Positions 59,201-64,000 of a DNA stretch of 64,000 nucleotides are shown here, piece after piece. The stretch comes from Thermodesulfobacteriota bacterium (GTDB lineage: Bacteria > Desulfobacterota_D > UBA1144 > Nemesobacterales > UBA2774), in the NCBI GenBank assembly GCA_965216785.1, contig OZ244197.1, forward strand, positions 576,001-640,000, read 5' to 3'. The translations under genes and the position numbers were made by a program. The notes below the pieces were generated by a model. That model worked only from the letters and a program-made list of their open reading frames with translations. It did no database searches and had not been told where the DNA came from. Within the stretch, counting starts at the first letter, position 1. Each line of letters starts with the position of its first letter.

Positions 59201-59491
59201 TTAATCAACTACGGCCAGAATCTCATCCTCTCGGAGGATAATATATTCCACACCCTCTACACCGATCTCTGCCCCGCCGTACTTACCGAAAATTACTTTA
59301 TCGCCTTTTTTGACGTCCGGCTTCTTGATGCTTCCGTCATCGAGAACCTTCCCTCTACCGACAGCGACTACTTTTCCCTCTTGCGACCTTTCCTTGTCAA
59401 CGGTGTCGGGAATGATGATTCCGCCCTCTGTTTTTTCGTCTTCAGCGGTTTTTTCAATTAATACTTTGTCATGCAACGGTTTTAGCTTCAT
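59201..59491 (-). CDS. groS: co-chaperonin GroES
   Basis: [30 protein letters not shown]; ATG 59491 follows AAGGAGG. Confidence 0.97.
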   Translation of the reverse strand: MKLKPLHDKVLIEKTAEDEKTEGGIIIPDTVDKERSQEGKVVAVGRGKVLDDGSIKKPDVKKGDKVIFGKYGGAEIGVEGVEYIILREDEILAVVD

Positions 59492-59782
59492 TACAAATTC
59501 CTCCTTAAAAATTTTTAATATGGATTTATTTCTGGTTGGATGTCTGCAATATGTATATAGTGACCCTGTATTTTCTCTTAAGATATCTATTAAGTGTGTT
59601 TTGTCAAGGTCTCCGGGCTTGAAAAATGCAAACGAATACGATAAATGAAAATTCCAACAAAAACAAATTGCGCCAGAAAATAATTTATCACGCCGGGCGA
59701 GCTTGAAAAGATTGTCCAAAATAGATATGTTTTCCGCCGTGTATAAAAAAAGCTGCAGTATTAACAGGGGACTATTCTTACA

Positions 59783-60406
59783 TTGGCCAAAAGGACGCAA
59801 GTAATAAATTCTCACAATCCCGACTGTGGTTTAATCGCATCTGAAGTGCTTGAAAGAGGCGGCGTGGTGGTATACCCGACTGAAACGCTCTACGGTATTG
59901 CTGCGCCCGCTCTGGACAAAAAAGCTGTAGACAGGGTATATGAGATCAAGGGCAGACCGAAAGACATGCCCATACCTTTACTCGTGAGAGATTTCAGCAT
60001 GCTGGCCTCCGTGGCTGAAGTCAATGAGAGGGTCTCTGCGCTTGCCGAGAATTTCTGGCCGGGCGCGCTTACTCTAGTCCTGAAAGAGAAAGGAAATCTG
60101 CCAAAAGTTATTACAGCGGGAACGGGGAAAGTGGCTGTAAGAATCTCCGGGAACGAATTTGTAAAATCCCTCTTTAAATATTTCAATCAGCCTATAACAT
60201 CCACTAGCGCAAATGTGAGCGGAGGGGAAAATTTAACTACTTTCGATGATATACAAAAGGTGTTTATCAATAGAGTTGACCTTATAATTGATTCTGGTAA
60301 TATCCCAGCTTCCAAGGGCTCTACAGTTCTGGACTTAACGGTAAATCCGCCGAAAATACTTCGCCCGGGGGATATTAAAGAACAAGAGTTAAAGGAGTAT
60401 ATTTGA
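59783..60406 (+). CDS. tsaC: L-threonylcarbamoyladenylate synthase (TsaC/Sua5)
   Basis: [36 protein letters not shown]. Confidence 0.93.
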   Translation: MAKRTQVINSHNPDCGLIASEVLERGGVVVYPTETLYGIAAPALDKKAVDRVYEIKGRPKDMPIPLLVRDFSMLASVAEVNERVSALAENFWPGALTLVLKEKGNLPKVITAGTGKVAVRISGNEFVKSLFKYFNQPITSTSANVSGGENLTTFDDIQKVFINRVDLIIDSGNIPASKGSTVLDLTVNPPKILRPGDIKEQELKEYI

Positions 60407-61620
60407 TGGCTATAGTGAATGGTTTTAAAGCGATAAGATATAACCCGGAGATAATAAACGACTTTGCTAAGGTGCTTGCGCCCCCCTACGACGTGATAAA
60501 TAAGGATGAGCAGGAAGAGCTTTTTGAGAAAGACCCTCATAACGTCATACGACTGATACTCCCAAAGGGTGAAGGGGACACTAAATATGAGCTTGCAGCC
60601 AAAACATTCAGAGATTGGTTCGTTGAAGATATCCTGATGCAGGACGATGATGAAGCCATATACCCCTACTACCAGGAGTTTGAGGAGAAAGGGAGAAAGC
60701 TGACCAGAAAAGGGTTTATCGCAAGAGTTAAAATCGAGGATTTTTCAACAAAAACCATACTCCCCCACGAAAGGACTTTCCCAAAGCATAAAGCGGACAG
60801 AATGAAGCTTATGACGGCATGCAAAGCCAATATGAGCCCTGTATTCTCGGTATATTCGGACCCGGAAGGGACAGTGGAAAAGGCTATTGATTTGACTGTA
60901 ACAGATAAACCGATATTTGAAGTTGAAGGTAATGAAGGCGTGATCAACAAGATGTGGCAGATATCGGACCCGACCCTTCTAAAGCTGGTGAAAGAAACCA
61001 TGGCGGATACAAGCCTGCTTATAGCGGACGGACACCACCGTTATGAGACCGCTCTTGAGTATAGAAATAATAGAAGGGCGGACACGGGATTGGGAACTGG
61101 AGAAGAGTCTTATGAATATGTGATGATGTTTCTCGCAAGAGGTGAAGGTGAGGGTCTTGTTATAAACCCTACTCATAGAGTCGTAAAGAACCTCGGCGGG
61201 CTATCGGACCAAGATCTTTTAAATAAGCTCGGAGAAGAATTTGAGCTTAGGAAATTACCGTTTGACGAAGCCGTCTCTGGTATCGGGGACGATGAATTTA
61301 CACTGCTTTTCGGCGACACCGAATACGCGTACAGAGCGATTCCTAAAGAGCGAGGGAGAGGCCTTGCGGTTACAACGCTTCACGCAAACGTGTTCAATAA
61401 GATTATAGATGAAGAAACCGCGGGCATATTGTATTCGAAATTTCTTGATGAAACTGTGGAGCTTGTGAGATCGGGAGAATATAAGCTTGCATTTATACTG
61501 CCTGAGCTAAAAGCGGGTGATATATTCGATGTGGTCTCAAGCGGAGACAGAATGCCCCATAAAACTACTTACTTTTATCCCAAAATACTGTCCGGATTAA
61601 CCTTTAACCCGCTTTGGTAG
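60406..61620 (+). CDS. DUF1015 family protein
   Basis: APPYDVI, ILPHERT, IADGHHRYETAL, MPHKTTYFYPK. Confidence 0.9.
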   Translation: MAIVNGFKAIRYNPEIINDFAKVLAPPYDVINKDEQEELFEKDPHNVIRLILPKGEGDTKYELAAKTFRDWFVEDILMQDDDEAIYPYYQEFEEKGRKLTRKGFIARVKIEDFSTKTILPHERTFPKHKADRMKLMTACKANMSPVFSVYSDPEGTVEKAIDLTVTDKPIFEVEGNEGVINKMWQISDPTLLKLVKETMADTSLLIADGHHRYETALEYRNNRRADTGLGTGEESYEYVMMFLARGEGEGLVINPTHRVVKNLGGLSDQDLLNKLGEEFELRKLPFDEAVSGIGDDEFTLLFGDTEYAYRAIPKERGRGLAVTTLHANVFNKIIDEETAGILYSKFLDETVELVRSGEYKLAFILPELKAGDIFDVVSSGDRMPHKTTYFYPKILSGLTFNPLW

Positions 61621-61732
61621 AGGACCAGACATAGCTTAAGCAGCCTCCGCAGTTTGTTGATTTATAGGGCAAATTGCATTATTAATTTAATGTGGTTTGT
61701 GGAGTCAAATCCAATCTAAGCAGGAGGCACTA

Positions 61733-62290
61733 ATGTCTGGATTTCTTATAATACTGGCCATAGTCGCAGTAGTGGTAATCGCGGCTGTTGGTATCTACAA
61801 TGGATTAATCAGGCTCAGAAACACCTCGGAGCAGGCATGGAGCGATGTGGATGTGCAGCTTAAGCGCAGATACGACCTGGTACCGAACCTGGTCGAGACT
61901 GTAAAGGGTTACGCTTCCCACGAGAAGGAGACTTTTGAAAAAGTCGTGCAAGCCAGAAACCAGGCGATGGGTGCCGCAAGTCCCGGGGATAAGGCTCAGG
62001 CGGAAAACTTCCTACAGGCTACTTTGAAGAGCCTCTTCGCGCTGGCTGAGGCTTACCCGGAGCTAAAAGCAAACCAGAATTTCATCGAGCTTCAGGGAGA
62101 GCTCTCAGAGATCGAAGAGCATATCCAGCTGGCCAGAAGATACTATAACGCAGTTGTAAGAGACCTGAACACAAAGATAGAGTCCGTGCCGAGCAACATT
62201 GTCGCAAACATGTTCGGGTTCCAAAAACGCGAATACTTCGAGCTTGATTCAACTGAAGAGAGAAAAGTCCCTGAAGTGGATTTCAGCTAA
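61733..62290 (+). CDS. lemA: LemA family protein
   Basis: YNGLIRLRN, DVQLKRRYDLVPNLV, EAYPELKAN, ARRYYN; ATG 61733 follows AGGAGG. Confidence 0.94.
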   Translation: MSGFLIILAIVAVVVIAAVGIYNGLIRLRNTSEQAWSDVDVQLKRRYDLVPNLVETVKGYASHEKETFEKVVQARNQAMGAASPGDKAQAENFLQATLKSLFALAEAYPELKANQNFIELQGELSEIEEHIQLARRYYNAVVRDLNTKIESVPSNIVANMFGFQKREYFELDSTEERKVPEVDFS

Positions 62291-62320
62291 CCCGGCCACA
62301 ACACGCATCACCCTTAGAAG

Positions 62321-64000
62321 ATGCTAACAAAAACACTCACCGCTTGTCTCTTCATTCTCATATATTCATTTGCCTCCGCCGCATACTCTGAGGAGATACT
62401 GAATTTCAACGCAGATCTCTTTCTGAGCAGCGAAGGGACGATAATCGTTGATGAAAAGATAGAATACGACTTTCAACACGCGTACCGTCACGGGATATAC
62501 AGGGATATTCCTTATAAATATGACTACGGCTATAAGAAACAGAGTATCGGGCTCCACGTTGAGGAAGTGACGGATTTTAATGGCAATCCGTATCAATATA
62601 AAGTCAGTAAATCGGGAGACAGGGTCAAAATTAGAATTGGAGACCCGGACATTACGATCACGGGAGTTCACGGTTACACAATAACGTACTTCGTGGACGG
62701 GGCGATAGCCTACTTTGATGATTACGACGAGATTTACTGGAACGTGACGGGTAATGAGTGGAGGGTGCCTATAAAGAGAGCGAGCGCAAAAGTGTCATTT
62801 GAAGATGGAGTTCCCGAAGGAGTAAAAGCAAAATGTTTTACCGGCTCTTACGGCTCAAAGAGCGAGGATTGTGAAATAAGAATCAACAAGGATTCAATAG
62901 AGTTTGAAGCACTTCGTAGTCTCTACGCCGGCCAGGGTATGAGTATTGTCATAGGAGTACCCAAAGGGATTGTAAAAGAGCCCTCTGCAATCACAAAATT
63001 ATTAAGGCTTGTTTCGGATAACTGGTATTTCGCGCTCCCGTTTGTAACTCTGATTTCGCTCTATTACATATGGCGTACGCGCGGTAAAGACCCCGCGGTC
63101 GGAGGTGTTATCGCAGTAAAATACGAGCCGCCCGAAGACCTGACTCCGGCTGAGGCTGGCACTCTGATCGACGAAAAGGCGCAAATGCTGGATATAAGCT
63201 CAACAGTTATCGACCTTGCAGTCAGGGGATATTTAAAAATAGAGGAGATAAAGAGCACTGTATTCTATTTCTTCACCGATCGGGACTACAAGCTTATTAG
63301 GATTCCCGATAGGGACGAGGCCAAGCTTAAATCCCACGAGAAGAAAGTGCTTTCCGGGATCTTTAATGGAAAAGAGGAGACGATGGTATCTGAGCTCAAG
63401 AACAAGTTTTATAAAGAGCTCCCGGGGATTAAAAAAGAGCTTTATAAAGAGCTTATAGACAAGAGTTATTTCCCCGCAAACCCAGAGAAAGTGAGAAGTA
63501 TCTACAAGTGGGTGGGCGCATTAGCTATCCCGATCGGGGTATTTCTAATAGGCAATCTGCCTTTGGGAATTTCTGTAATTATATCGGGAATCATAATACT
63601 ATTTTTTTCCGGGCACATGCCGCGCAAAACCAAGAAAGGGTCTGTAATGAACGAAGAGATTTTGGGGTTCAGAGAGTTTATTGAGCGCGCGGAGGAAGAC
63701 AGGATCAGAAGACTTGCGAAAGAAGACCCGACACTCTTTGACAGGGTACTCCCTTACGCGCTGGTATTCGGGCTCGAGGACAAGTGGGCGGAGGCTTTCC
63801 GCGGGATGTACACCGAGCCTCCCAGCTGGTATTACTCGCCCTATTACGCAGATACTTTTTCTCCTAATTTATTCGTAAATGATTTGGGACGGAGTCTTAG
63901 TGTTATGCAAAGCTCACTTGCTTCGACTCCTAAGAGATCGGGATCGAGCGGGTTCAGCGGAGGCGGAGGGTTCTCGGGAGGAGGATTCGGAGGCGGAGGC
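62321..64000 (+). CDS. DUF2207 membrane protein, truncated just before its stop
   Basis: Not in the ORF track. Manual translation gives MLTKTLTACL...RHGIYRDIP...EIYWNVTGNEW...LPYALVFG...GGGFSGGGFGGGG; this family typically follows lemA. Confidence 0.9.
   Translation, partial: MLTKTLTACLFILIYSFASAAYSEEILNFNADLFLSSEGTIIVDEKIEYDFQHAYRHGIYRDIPYKYDYGYKKQSIGLHVEEVTDFNGNPYQYKVSKSGDRVKIRIGDPDITITGVHGYTITYFVDGAIAYFDDYDEIYWNVTGNEWRVPIKRASAKVSFEDGVPEGVKAKCFTGSYGSKSEDCEIRINKDSIEFEALRSLYAGQGMSIVIGVPKGIVKEPSAITKLLRLVSDNWYFALPFVTLISLYYIWRTRGKDPAVGGVIAVKYEPPEDLTPAEAGTLIDEKAQMLDISSTVIDLAVRGYLKIEEIKSTVFYFFTDRDYKLIRIPDRDEAKLKSHEKKVLSGIFNGKEETMVSELKNKFYKELPGIKKELYKELIDKSYFPANPEKVRSIYKWVGALAIPIGVFLIGNLPLGISVIISGIIILFFSGHMPRKTKKGSVMNEEILGFREFIERAEEDRIRRLAKEDPTLFDRVLPYALVFGLEDKWAEAFRGMYTEPPSWYYSPYYADTFSPNLFVNDLGRSLSVMQSSLASTPKRSGSSGFSGGGGFSGGGFGGGG

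Noticed and set aside
59492-59815. 108-aa N-terminal extension of GroES in the ORF track
   Set aside because: A strong RBS precedes ATG 59491 and gives a normal 96-aa GroES; the extension spans promoter DNA and overlaps tsaC.

Overview
Bacterial chromosomal segment of moderate GC content, with no tRNA, rRNA, CRISPR array, transposase or integrase seen. Gene content and style suggest a deltaproteobacterial-like lineage, possibly Ca. Dadabacteria; this is inference and untested. Both flanks are mostly housekeeping: polA (truncated), lsrF, bioF/bioA, an aldehyde dehydrogenase, gltBD and nadE on the left; truA, leuB, mfd, surA-like, hsp20, groESL, tsaC, lemA and a truncated DUF2207 gene on the right. 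The centre (about 19.2-47.2 kb) is a cell-surface locus. It encodes a myxosortase-like CPBP intramembrane protease, six GT-C-type membrane glycosyltransferases (two PIG-V-like, one PMT, one ALG6/GT87-like, two uncharacterised paralogs), two polyprenol-phosphate-sugar synthases and a GtrA flippase. It also encodes an FG-GAP/ASPIC protein, a GMC oxidoreductase with a Tat-exported partner, and two paralogous acidic secreted proteins. One of these ends in a Pro/Thr linker and a GGGSGSC-TM-RRRKK sorting tail. A large S41 C-terminal protease and a TMTC-like O-mannosyltransferase follow. The best candidate for a new system is a coupled C-terminal sorting and lipid-linked mannosylation pathway (GPI-anchor-like or S-layer glycoprotein). 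Smaller oddities: an in-frame TGA in a hydrolase, a CTG-initiated ALDH, a probably leaderless polA, duplicated promoters with tandem terminators, and two candidate small RNAs.
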